Positions 14,383 to 27,965 of a DNA stretch of 64,000 bases are shown piece by piece. The number at the start of each line of letters is the position of its first letter. Within the stretch, counting starts at the first letter, position 1. Made by a program: the position numbers and the translations under genes. The stretch is taken from contig OZ024748.1 of assembly GCA_964016885.1 (NCBI GenBank), forward strand, positions 16,554,001 through 16,618,000, given 5' to 3'. This DNA is from Eledone cirrhosa (lineage: Eukaryota). The notes beneath the pieces are model-generated. The model was not told the origin of the DNA. It made no database searches and was given only the letters and a program-made list of their open reading frames with translations.

Positions 14383-14537
14383 GGCAATACATTTAAAAAC
14401 AACATTTACTTACACTGTGTTTCATCTCGAAGTACAATTATAATATAACAGTTTGCTTCGGGTTTAGGCATCTAATATATTATATAGTTCTTTCTCCTCT
14501 ATTATTATTATTATTATTATTATATATGTCTCTTTCT

Positions 14538-14578
<41 letters not shown>

Positions 14579-14632
14579 ATTTAAAACTGCACTATTCACA
14601 AGTGTGTTTTAACCTTCATATCATGTCTCCCC

Positions 14633-14701
14633 ATTTTATCTGACGAAAACGCAAATGTTATTGCATGGTGATATTTGTTTTTGAAATGCGCATAATAAAA
14701 T
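14633..14701 (+). ncRNA. Type I hammerhead ribozyme motif
   Basis: Stem I ATTTTAT/ATAAAAT, core CTGACGA 14640-46, long stem II 14647-82, GAAA 14683-86, palindromic stem III ATGCGCAT, predicted cleavage after A14694. Confidence 0.7.
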
Positions 14702-14828
14702 ACATGGAACTCTTTTAACCATCTTTTGATCTTATATATTATTTATACTCCAGTCCTACAAACTGTAGAGTGCTACTTATCTGATATCTGCATTGCTTTA
14801 TTGTACTACAATAAAACTCACCTCCTAC

Positions 14829-14867
<39 letters not shown>

Positions 14868-14977
14868 CACAGTTCTATATGAGCAAGACGTAGTCACCTG
14901 ACTCAACTTAACTGAAACAGGACAACTCGTCTAACCCATGGTAGCATGGAAAAGTGGACGTTAAACAATGATGATGA

Positions 14978-15017
<40 letters not shown>

Positions 15018-15256
15018 CTCTGCAGAAAGTAACTTCTTTTATCTGTAAGTTTTCTGTTAGTTTAAGGTCAGTTATTAACTTTACTTTGTTCTTGTTTTGT
15101 AGACGGGAATATTCAGGAAGATGATGTACGCTAAAATACTTGCCATTTGAATTTCATGTCTAAATGTTTATGTCTGCCAATATTTGTCTTTGATGTGTTT
15201 TTCATCATTCTGTATCAATTATTATTATATAAATATGTATGCTTGAGTTATATATG

Positions 15257-15289
<33 letters not shown>

Positions 15290-15839
15290 AAGTGTATGGA
15301 GATGTATGTGTGTGTGTGTGTGTGTATATGTATGTGTGTGTATGTATGTATATGGATATATATATATATTCAAAATAGGGGGTGCACAGGACAAAGGCAA
15401 TAGAAAAAAAAACAATGGAAAGCTGGTCAGACTCATCTCCTCAGTCAACCTCTGGAAATCACTAAGGTTTGTTGCATTAATATTGATACCATTCATTGCA
15501 GTGTACATTGGGTCATAACAAAACAAAGAAATGTTATGCCTTTAGGCAAATTATGCAAATATAGAAGCTGTAGAAATCTTGCCAAACAAAGGGTTCGAAG
15601 GACACTCAGTTGTGTCAAAGACATAACCTCTCCTGTGCACTCAGTAGAATGCATGACAATGAGACATAAATGAGACACAGATCGCTAACATGTCAAGGAG
15701 GTCAGTGTCTATACTTGGTCCATGTAAACCCATCCAACCCTTACTAGCAGGGAAAGTATACATTAAAATGACAATGATGATGATGATATATATATATATA
15801 TATTGTTATATTTGTGGAGGGTCATATTGTTATAATATT

Positions 15840-16085
15840 GTCAGAGATAATAACAAAATACACTCACTGTTTGGTTTGGATTGGTTTTCGCTTCTGTATC
15901 TTTTATATCTCCATAGTTAATTTATCTGGTAATCAATGGTTATCATTGATTGACCAACGGTTAAAGATACAGATATAAATATATATATATAGTCTATCAA
16001 AGTTCTTTCATCATACATCTGTGACATCATCAGTGGTACTATTATGTTTCCTCCCGTTGTATTGTAATATCTACGCCATTTTTTT
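15840..16085 (-). mobile_element. Diverged family C-like element with degenerate hammerhead
   Basis: Minus strand CTGATGA-T-GTCACAgatgTATGAT-GAAA-GAAC-TT at ~15995-16038; ends ctacgccattt like family C. Confidence 0.5.
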
Positions 16086-16129
16086 TTTATTTATACATAT
16101 CTATATATACACAAATATATATATCATGT

Positions 16130-16330
16130 AGGTAACCTGGTAAAAAGCTCCCAGTCCACACTGTAAATGTGGTTGGTGTTAGGAAGGGCATCCAGCCATA
16201 GACAACCTGCCAGATAGTCCTATACAAACGAGACACAGTCGCCCGACCAATCTTGTCTCGAGTGGGACAACTCCCATCTAACCCATGCTAGCGTGGAAGA
16301 TAGATGTTAAACAATGATGATGATGATACA
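16130..16330 (+). mobile_element. RTE LINE 3' UTR fragment
   Basis: Homologous to 32850-33035. Confidence 0.75.
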
Positions 16331-16804
16331 TATATATATATATATATATACAGGTATACATATATACATTTGTCCCCCCAAATTCCATCTACCGTACTTC
16401 ATCGTGCCAACTCCCCCTCCTATTGAATACATATATTGACTAGCTGACAACTTGTTTCAGAAACCAAATCATTTATTTGTACATGGAGGATATAATTACC
16501 TATCCAGAAATCAATAATCATACAGTGAAAATAAATGCATGCTTCAATATCCTCTTTTGAGCCAAAAGTAAAGATTTAAATATATTAATTCAAAAATATA
16601 CACATATCACTGAAGTAAAAATCCTACAATAAAGGCCATAGCTGGTTAGAATTTGTCCACATGTTAATAGTGTCTATATGGTAGATTTGTTAGACTACCA
16701 AGCTACAGCATTGCTATACATGGTTTTAATTGATCCTATCTACCCCAGTACTTATTTACTTATTCTTTCAAGCCTGGCAGTTATTCTACCATTTTCTTTT
16801 TTTT

Positions 16805-17290
16805 TACCCTTCAATACAGACACAAACGTAAACACAGATAGACAGAAACACACACACAAGCACACACACAGAAACACACATACACACACACACAAGCACA
16901 CACACAGAAACACACACATACACACAAGCACGCACACTCAAGCACGCACACTGACAAGTATTCTATCAATTTCTTTTTGTTGACCCTTCAATGCAAACAC
17001 AGACAGAAACACACACATACACACAAGCACGCACACTCAAGCATGCACACTGACAAGTATTCTATCAATTTCTTTTTGTTGACCCTTCAATGCAAACACA
17101 GACAGACAGAAACACACACACAGAAACACACACACACACATACACACAAGCACGCACACTCAAGCACACACACTGACAAGTATTCTATCAATTTCTTTTT
17201 GTTGACCCTTCAATACAAACACAGACAGACAGACAGAAACACACATATACACACACAGAACCATGCACACACACACACAAACACACATTT
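16805..17290. repeat. Imperfect tandem duplications mixed with (CA)n
   Basis: ctgacaagtattctatcaatttctttttgttgacccttcaat occurs three times (16951, 17050, 17173). Confidence 0.85.
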
Positions 17291-17498
17291 GATGGGCTTC
17301 TGTCACCAAATTCCCAATTCCACTCACAAGATGTTGGTTAACTCGAGTTTCTAGAAGACACCCAAGGTACCACACAGTGGGACCGAAACCAGAATGTCGG
17401 TGCTGTGTGCTTGTGCATGTTAGGTTATGGATCTGTGCAAATGTGTGTGCGTATGTGTGCGTGTGTGTGTGTGCCTGTGTGTTTGTGTGTGTGTGTGT

Positions 17499-17537
<39 letters not shown>

Positions 17538-17599
17538 TGTGTGTGTGTTGGTGTAAATGACTTCTGAATCCGTGGGCAGGAACCTATGAATGTGTTGGC

Positions 17600-17730
17600 A
17601 TATGTGTATATGTATGTGTTGACGTGTATATGTATGTGTTGACGTGTATATGTATGTGTTGACGTGTATATGTATGTGTTGACGTGTATATGTATGTGTT
17701 GACGTGTATATGTATGTGTTGACGTGTATA
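17600..17730. repeat. 20-bp minisatellite (gacgtgtatatgtatgtgtt) x ~6
   Basis: Exact 20-bp period from 17621 to 17720. Confidence 0.9.
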
Positions 17731-18201
17731 TGTGTATGTGGTGTGTGTATATATATGTGTTAATGTATATATATATATATGTATGTGTTGATGTGTGTAT
17801 ATGTATGTGTGTTCATATGTGTGTATATGTATGTATTCACATGTGTGTATATGTATGTGTTCATATGTATGTGTTCACATGTGTGTATATGTATGTGTTC
17901 ACATGTGTGTATATGTTGGCATGTGAGTGTATGTATGTGTTGGCATGTGTGTGCATATATGTGTTGGCATGTGTGTGTGTGTGTTTATATCTATGTGTGT
18001 TTCTGTGTTGGTAATGTGTGCGAATCACTACCCCCCCCTCTCTCTCACTCTTTGTATGAATATATTAGGTTGTTTGTAAACTCTTAAACATGTATATATG
18101 TTAATGTTTGTTCATCAGAGGAAGGGAGGGAGGGACAGAGAAGGTAGGATTGAGAATAAATACAAGATTTGATTAGTTGTTAAGAGAAAGAGCAATATAT
18201 A

Positions 18202-18540
18202 CATTCATTCATCATCATTTTACGTCCGCTTTTCCCTGCTTGCAAGGGTGGGATGGGAACTGATTCTGGCTTGATTTCTACAGCTGGATGCCCTTCCTAA
18301 CACCAACCTCATTTACAGTGAGTGCTGGGTGCTTTTTTGCCGTGGCACCTCCACGACCACTTTGCAATGGAATGATAGAGACCCCAGTCCCTATCATCTC
18401 ATTTCTACAGCTGAGTAAACTGGAGCAATGTGAAATAAAGTGTCTTGCTCAAGGAAACAACACATCACCCGGTCTGAGAATTGAACTCACAACCTTTTGA
18501 TTGCAAGGCCAATGCTCTAACCACTAAGCCATGTGCCTCC
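18202..18540 (-). mobile_element. SINE family A, full length
   Basis: Near-identical to 6067-6407. Confidence 0.9.
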
Positions 18541-19504
18541 ATACATATATATATATAAATAAATAAATACATATATAAATACATACATATAATACATATA
18601 CATATATACATACATGTACATACATATATATATAAATACATACATACACATACATATATATATAAATACATACATATATACATATACATCCATACACATA
18701 TATATAAATACATACATATATATATATACATACATACATATACATCCATACACATATATATACATATATACATATAATTACATACATATACATACATAAA
18801 TACATACATACATACACACATATACATATATACATATAATTACATACATATACATACATACATACATAGATAAATACATACATACATACATACATATATA
18901 TATATATAAATACATACATACACATAAATACATACATACCTACATATATATACATACAATCACACACATATACATACATACATACATACATACATACATA
19001 CATAAACACACTCACACGCAAACAATTATACAACAACACAGTCATCGATGAAAAGTCACCCTGAAGGAACTTGAAGGAAGCTCCATTGCTCAAACGATGA
19101 CACATGTAATTTTTCTTCCTAAATCCCATATAATTGCTTCTCCCAACAGAATTATACCTTCTTCATATCTGTTGTAAAAACAATTCTGTCATTCCACCAT
19201 CGCACATATTTTATTTGAGATGAATTGGGCATATGGACATAATAATGTCATCTTAACTATTCATCCGTTACAAATAGATATTCCATACTCTGTAGCGGCC
19301 ATTTTGATATGACTCATAGCAACACACTGGCTTAACTCCTTCCTGTCTGCTTCACTACACACAGCTGATTATAATATATATATATATATATATATGATTT
19401 TTAATGCAATGAAATACCAATGACCGTTGGCAAATCACTGATGAGGGACTCATTTTATAACATGTTATCCATGTCCAACCATGCAGTATTCTTCTCCTCA
19501 TATT

Positions 19505-19551
<47 letters not shown>

Positions 19552-19638
19552 GGAAACATTTGAACAGGAACAAAAGAGAGAGGCAGTACAACGAATGTTT
19601 ATTAATTTCATGCTATGGAGAGTGGGGTGGTGGTGGGG

Positions 19639-19672
19639 AACGACGTTTCGGGCATAAGCCCTTCCTCAGGTG
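19639..19672 (-). ncRNA. Minimal type I hammerhead motif (Penelope pLTR type) inside a ~280-bp insert between TA tracts (19555-19835)
   Basis: Minus strand cac-CTGAGGA-A-GGGC(ttat)GCCC-GAAA-CG-TC-gtt; stem I is only 2 bp. Confidence 0.6.
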
Positions 19673-19852
19673 AGAAGTGTGTGGGAACAGAGTTCAAGGG
19701 GTGTGTAGGGGAGTGGTGGAGAGACATATAGCGAAAGGAAACGGTGCGAATGAAATTATAGGCAGAGACGGGGAAGGGAAAATCAAACAGAAAAACGTAA
19801 GGAGGGGGGAGTATACACAGGAAAATTAAAGACAATATATATATATATATAT

Positions 19853-20058
19853 ATAGGAACGAGTAGGACCCCTACGGCTGAGCTCAAGCCGTTTTGACAG
19901 CTAATTCTGGACTGGATTAGCCGTCCAGAATTAGCCATCGAAACGGCTTGAGCTCAGCCGTCGGGGTCCTACTTGTTCCTATTACCCACTCTACTACCCT
20001 AAGTATTGAGTACTTTGGTGCGTTATGGTCCATCTGGTTCCTTACCACATTTCCTTTG

Positions 20059-20061
<3 letters not shown>
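19853..20061. mobile_element. Fold-back element, family D
   Basis: ~60-bp inverted arms 19853-19912 / ~19923-19982 plus a tail to 20061. Confidence 0.85.
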
Positions 20062-20104
<43 letters not shown>

Positions 20105-20108
<4 letters not shown>

Positions 20109-20414
20109 GTGAAGGCACAGTAATAATAATAATATTAGCTCAAAGAAGAATAGAGAATTTTCTTCTGAGCTCAAATACAAATATATTACACAAAGAAAAG
20201 TGTGTTACACAGTGAGATGTGTGTAAAGAATAGTTATAAGGTTGGTAATTTAGAACTCTACTCAGAGATTTGATTCCGACTTAGTTTTTTTTCTATTTAA
20301 TTGCTAAACCTGTAGATATTGTTCTCTATACAGTAACGGTAAAACTCACTTGTAATAATTCTTTACACACATCTCACTGTGTAACACACTTCTCTTTGCA
20401 TAATATATTTGTAT
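20105..20414. mobile_element. Fold-back element, family G, in (TA)n
   Basis: Inverted arms 20175-20240 / 20349-20414; the left arm has a ~70-nt extra tail. Confidence 0.7.
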
Positions 20415-21139
20415 ATATATATACACACACATATATATAGAGATATATACATATACATATACACACGCATATATATAGATATATGCATATATATACGTAT
20501 ATACATATATCTACATATCTACATATATATATATGTATATATAATATAGGTAATAAATGAAAAACAAAACACAGAAGACAATTTTAGTTATATTAGGTTC
20601 ACACATATCTATATACATACATACACATACACACACAAACATACATACACACACAAATCAAAAGCTTGCTTGCAGGGAAAACAGACATTAAATACTGATA
20701 ATATATATATATATATATATACATACATATATGTACATACATATATATACATATAGACACATTTATGCATATATGTGTGTGTGTATTTGTGTACCCGTTT
20801 TAGCAATATTTCATATTATTTACAAATGACGAACTGATGTCTTGTCTGGAAATGGGTGGGTGGGGGCTCCCATTGTATGTATTTATTGCTAAATTATGCA
20901 GTAGACATTAGAATCAGTCGAGCTAGAGTGCTAAAGTGCTAAATACCCTTTGGTGGTAATGTATGAATAACAATGACCAGAATAGTTAAGCTTATTAGCT
21001 CACATGGATTTACAGAAGCTAAATTGAATATTATGGGAACACTGCTCACACATAGTATAGGATGATTGGTTCAGTGTATAGGGTTCATATTATATATATA
21101 TATATATATTCTTGTGGACCAATGCCATCAATAATGACG

Positions 21140-21342
21140 ATTTCTGGTATAGGCACAAGGCCCGTAATTTGGGGGAAGGGGTAAGTTGATTAAATTGACC
21201 CCAGTACGTTACTCGTACTTTATTCTATCAACCCCGTAAGGATGAAAGGCAAAGTTAACCTCAGCGGGATTTCAACTCAGACAGTAAAGGACCGTAACTA
21301 TGCTGAAAAGCACGGTCTCCGACTCTCTACTGATACTGCCAT
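21140..21342 (-). mobile_element. SINE family B (longer variant)
   Basis: ggcacaaggcc...ccccgtaaggatgaaaggcaaagttaacctc...gatactgcca. Confidence 0.85.
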
Positions 21343-22019
21343 CAATAATAACAGCAATAACACTGTACATATTTAATTTCTGGAGTCCAATATTGAGAGA
21401 TCACAGCTCCGATATTACAGACATGGTTAGAATGTCTCGGGAAAGAATCTATGGTCAGTCTCAGCATCTCAACATACAACAACGTCCCCAATATTTAATA
21501 TATAATAAATACATGGAAAGCAGACAATATGTTTTACTTTACAATCACCATATATTTGTACAATAAGATGGATTTATGACCAACAGATAGTACCAGCAAT
21601 GGAAACATTGTTTCCTTGGCCCAATCTGATGATCAGCTTCTTTTTATTTTGTACTATATATTTTATTGATATATTTTACTGTATAATTTGTGGTTAGAAT
21701 ATCTCATGAAAAAAAATCACTGCACAGTTTTTATGGGGCAAAACTAGCGGTAGAAAACCCAGTATTAAACCCTGAGCAAGGTGGTTGGATAACACCCATG
21801 AGCTCAGCTGGTCTTGCTTGTGATGGTTGCTTGTGAGAGGACCCACTGTTTGAGGACTCTGCTCCCATGGCCCTCTCAAGAATAAGTGAGTAAAAAAGAA
21901 GAAGAAGCATCCAGCATTGGTATGCTATAAATATTCAGGATTACAGAATAAGGGAACAATCATATAAACTGATTTGCACAGGGGCAATCCCACTCTCTGA
22001 ACTTTGAATGCATTCACCC

Positions 22020-22335
22020 CAAAAGAACTGGACTGCATCATTGGATGCAAATGAAGTTGTAGGTTTTATATCAGAGAGACCATCTACTTGAGAGATGTCT
22101 AAATGAAGACTAGGAGTCTCTCCCTACACAAAAAAAGGAAGCAAAAAAAAAAAACTTTATTGGATGGCTGTTGACCCCCAAGGTTCCTCCACATTTTGAC
22201 AGGTTTCGTTTTTCCTCCTACAGGGTGTCCAAAATCACCATCCTCATCAAGTGAGCTTGGTGGTGTTGCCGGTTTAATTGCCAACAACCCGACAATGCTC
22301 AGGTTGTACTGGGTTGCAAGTTACCAGTAGTGCTG
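22020..22335 (-). mobile_element. Diverged copy of the 5' region of element H (putative RTE 5' UTR)
   Basis: Aligns by eye to 44540-44830 (ttgacaggttt...gtccaaa.tcacc...ttggtgg.gttgcc.gtttaa...gttaccagtag). Confidence 0.7.
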
Positions 22336-22434
22336 AATATATACATATATACAGACACACATATGCACATTCACACATACATACACACATATATTTATAT
22401 ATATATATCACATATATACATATCAGTATACACT

Positions 22435-22742
22435 GAGGATGAAGAACTGAGCTGTAAATGAGCTTTCCAAAAGTCAGCTCAAAAGTAACACAGAGAAGAC
22501 TGAGGTTAGCTGGACATGCTCGCCGACATTCAGAGTTGACATTGCACTCAGTGGTGTTGTGGGAGCCCTTACATGGACACACTAGAAGTGGGAGGCCGAG
22601 GATGACATATATTGATTTTCTAAGGACAGACACTGATCTCTGGGAGATGCAAAAGATGGCAGCGATGATGAAGGATAGAGACCGCTGGAGAGAACTCCTC
22701 CATGAATCTCGGGAATTTTACCCACCCTAGAGATAGATAGAT
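22435..22742 (+). pseudogene. 3' fragment of RTE-clade LINE ORF2 (C-terminus) with (GATA)n tail
   Basis: ORF 22458-22730: RRLRLAGH...LWEPLHG...GRPRMTYID...DRDRW, typical of the RTE C-terminal region; second copy at 49940. Confidence 0.85.
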
Positions 22743-23434
22743 ATATACATACATAAATATATACAAATATATATCGCTGTTGCCATCACTACATGATAGT
22801 TATACATGGGCAACAGCATATCCCAATGATTGCATAAATGCAACTACGATTGCATAAGCATCTGATAAAGTCACATGCATAACCATATAACAGAAATATA
22901 TATGATTCAATAAACAATTATGGGGAAATAATCATGTCTTAACTACTCTTATTTGATATATATATACACATATATATACATACCTATATATACATATCTA
23001 TACATACATACATATGTATACATATATATACACACATAAATATATATATATATACACACACACATACAATGCAGGACAAATAGTTTTGTCTCAATGCCGA
23101 CAGGTACATGAAACTAAATTTATTGAATTTGAAATCAAACCAAAACCAAAACCAAAACCAAAATTAAGATAAACAGAAAAAAATCAAAAGAAATCTAAAA
23201 TCTATAGAGTAGAGGACATAATAGACATTTGAGAGATTTTAATGAGCAGGCTACTTGATGGACATGATCAAAAGATTAAATCTAATAGAATGTAGTTAGT
23301 TAGCCGAAAGATAACAAGGAAAAATACAGAGATACCACAGCTAATATACATACAAGAATACTTAACAAACAATAAAATATTATGGTAATTCATCACCGAT
23401 AGTCTAAAAGTTAATAGTCTGAAATTTATAAAGG

Positions 23435-23530
23435 CTGTGTATATATATATATATTTGAATATATACATATATACAAATATACATATATATATATGAATAT
23501 ATACATATATACATATATATATGAATATAT

Positions 23531-23561
<31 letters not shown>

Positions 23562-23784
23562 CAAATATATATATATATATATATATATATGAATATATAC
23601 ATATATACATATATATATGAATATATACAAATATATATATATATATATATATATATGAATATATACATATATACATATATATATGAATATATACAAATAT
23701 ATATATATATATATATATAAATATATACATATATACATGAATATATACAAATATATATATATATATATGAATATATACATATAT

Positions 23785-23819
<35 letters not shown>

Positions 23820-24064
23820 TATATACATATATACAAATATATGTATATATATATATGAATATATACATATATACAAATATATATATATATAAATATATAC
23901 AAATATATATATATATATATATATATAAATATATACAAATATATATATATATATATATAAATATATACATATATACAAATATATATATATATGAATATAT
24001 ACATATATATATATATATATATATGTATATGAATATATACATATATAAATATATATATATATAT
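23435..24064. repeat. Complex (TA)n minisatellite
   Basis: TA runs punctuated by gaatatatac / caaat. Confidence 0.95.
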
Positions 24065-24413
24065 ATAGTAATAATAATAAATTTGAAGACTAAAATCCAA
24101 AGAGGGCTCGATAAGGATAGATATATATCAAATATATAAGAACCGTAGAGCAAATATTTGTATATATATATTTGCGTGTAATTGTTTTTCACCGCTCCTA
24201 TTAATGACGTATTATATTCGTTTTTTCCCATTCTTTGCCAGGGAACGTTTCCATGAACTAAAGTATCGTCTTCATGTCTTCCTCCAGTTGTAATGTTTTT
24301 TGAAATATCCACTTCTGCGTTTACAGATTGACTTTGTTAGTTTCAGAAGATCTCGTTTAGGGTGAAAGCAGCGATTCTTTGCTTAAACTTTAATCTATTA
24401 TTTTAATAAATAT
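24065..24413. mobile_element. Family F element with its 3' tail inverted
   Basis: 24365-24413 matches 33426-33475; 24065-24158 is the reverse complement of 33471-33567. Confidence 0.75.
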
Positions 24414-24417
24414 ATAT

Positions 24418-25015
24418 GTCGTTTCTGAATTTGTTTAGCAAGATTCTTTATCTGAAATCGTGTGTTGAAACCGATATTGTTATACTTTGGGAGGGTCATG
24501 TTGCCAATAAGAAACACACGCACCAGTTGCTTTCACTTCAATTTATTATATATTTATATATTTATAAATTTACAAATCTACAAACTTATAAATTTCTGGT
24601 TGTTTATATATAGTCATAGTCCTTTCATCACACACTCTGTGACCTCTTCAGTGACTGGGGATTCCTTTCTTTGTTTCTGTGCCTTTCCTTTCTTCTGTAC
24701 TACGCCATTTTGTTTCTGTGTGTGTGTTGTGTGCACACAACACACAAACAAAATGGCGTAGGACAGAAGAAAGGAAAGGCACAGAAACAAAGAAAGGAAT
24801 CCCCAGTCACTGAAGAGGTCACAGAGTGTGTGACGAAAGGACTATGACTATATATAAACAACTATCTGGTTGTGGAACCAACCAACCAACCAGAAATTTA
24901 TAAGTTTGTAGATTTGTAAATTTATAAATTTATAAATATATAATAAATTGAAGTGAAAGCAACTGGTGCGTGTGTTTCTTATTGGCAACATGACCCTCCC
25001 AAAGTATAACAATAT
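24418..25015. mobile_element. Family C ~540-bp palindrome plus tail, with two hammerheads
   Basis: Centre gtgcac at 24731-36; arms 24474-24733 / 24734-25015; 56-nt tail 24418-24473. Confidence 0.85.
24805..24849 (+). ncRNA. Type I hammerhead ribozyme motif (mirror copy on the minus strand at 24612-24656)
   Basis: AGTCA-CTGAAGA-G-GTCACA(gagtg)TGTGAC-GAAA-GGAC-TA-TGACT; 5-bp stem I, 6-bp stem II. Confidence 0.75.
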
Positions 25016-26105
<1,090 letters not shown>

Positions 26106-26107
26106 TC

Positions 26108-26830
26108 ATACTCAGAAGCTCCCGCGTCTTGCGACGCATGAGGCAATCATGGTGTTCCACCGCGTTCGGTCAGCAGCCAGTTGCACAGCGTCCCACCATT
26201 GTCTGTTTGTCGCTCGCAGGTCCCTCTCAACTGTCTGGCGCCAGTTCATATTGGGTCGCCCTCTCCGTCTGCTTTCCTGTGGGTTCCATTTAAGTACTTG
26301 GTTCGCCAGTCTCTCCGGGGGAAGTCTCAAAGCGTGCCCAAGCCAGCCCAGGCGTTGCTTGCAGATGGCAGAAGAGACTAGCTGCTGGTTGGTGCGGTTC
26401 CTGACTTCCTGGTTTGTTACATGGTCACTCCATTTAATCCCCAGGATCTTTCGCAGACACCTGGAATCGAATGCGTCCAACTTCTTCTCTTGGCTGGTCT
26501 TAAGGTGCCATGTTTCACTTCCGTACAAGAGTATGGACAGCACGTTGCTGTTGTAGAATCTCATCTTTGTTTTGAGGGTGAACTTCCTGCTCTTCCAGAT
26601 CTTGAAAAGCTGGTTAAATGCTGCTGAAGCCTTTCTCATTCTACATTGCAATTCACTGTCCATGGCGCCCCCATTGTCAATGGAGCTTCCTAGGTAGGTG
26701 AAGTTGTCCACTATCTCCACCTCCCCCTGTTCAATGAAAACACTAGTTGGTGAGATGGGTGTGTCCCAGATAACATGCTTTTGGTCTTCTTAGCACTGAT
26801 ATTGAGACCTAAGCTTCCTGCTTCGACATT
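26108..26830 (-). pseudogene. 5'-truncated RTE-clade LINE: RT C-terminal part and thumb, frameshift near 26720
   Basis: [10 protein letters not shown]...[10 protein letters not shown]...LLYGSETW...[10 protein letters not shown]...RLGWLGH...RRRGRP. Confidence 0.92.
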
Positions 26831-26899
26831 GATATAGACAAATATACATATATATATACATATATATATATAGACAAATATACATATATATATAGACAA

Positions 26900-26948
<49 letters not shown>

Positions 26949-27087
26949 AATATACATATATATATATATATATATATAGACAAATATACATATATATATA
27001 GACAAATATACATATATATATAGACAAATATATATATATATATATATAGACAAATATACATATATATATATATATATATATAGACAA

Positions 27088-27138
<51 letters not shown>

Positions 27139-27139
27139 A

Positions 27140-27176
<37 letters not shown>

Positions 27177-27177
27177 A

Positions 27178-27218
<41 letters not shown>

Positions 27219-27262
27219 AATATGCAAATATATATATACATATATATATATATACAAATATG

Positions 27263-27296
<34 letters not shown>

Positions 27297-27301
<5 letters not shown>

Positions 27302-27965
27302 TCATTTAACGTCCATATTCCACGCTCACATGGGTTTGGGCTTGAGTTTTCTCTCTTGAGGCAAGAGTGGTTGTCTTGCTCGCATAGGACTGTCTGGTGG
27401 GTTTTCTACGGCTGGATGACCTTCCTAACACCAACCACATTTACAGTATGGAACTGGGAGGTTTTTACCGTGTTACCAACACGGCCACATTACAGCATGG
27501 ACTGTGTGTTTTTTTTGTTGTGACACCTACACGACCTCATTTGTTTCGGACTGGATGTTGTGGTACCAACATAACTTTACATTGAAAGGGGTGATGTGGA
27601 TGAGGTGGGGGTAGTGGGACGGGGGTGTATTTTGTTAGAGGTGCCTACTGACTGTAGTAGGTTTCACTTTGCACTTAGGTAAGGCGGGTCTTCTCTATTA
27701 CTGTGTAGCGCCAAAGATCTCGGTCCAGTGACATTGTCCTGGAGAGGTGTTAGTGTGTGAGGTCGGAATTTATCAAGTCGTCCCAGGTTTTTCTGGGTCT
27801 GCCTACTCCGTGGCTACCGTCTATTTTTATTGCCCTGCACTTTTTTATACAGCTGTCGTCTTTCATGCGCATCATGTGACCATACCAACGTAGTCTTCTC
27901 TCGAGTAAACAACATCTGATCCCTCTTATTTCTAATTTCTCCCTTAGTTCGTTTATGCTTTGCCA
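27297..27965 (-). mobile_element. 5'-truncated RTE-clade LINE (ORF2 C-terminus plus 3' UTR)
   Basis: [12 protein letters not shown]...GRPRKTW; reverse complement of 32245-33035. Confidence 0.9.

Noticed and set aside
22858-22915. CTGATAA...GAAATATATA hammerhead-like motif
   Set aside because: G8 is mutated and the stems are poorly paired
24340-24380. Hammerhead in family F (CAGAAGA...GAAAGC)
   Set aside because: U4 is absent and there is no UH site or stem I
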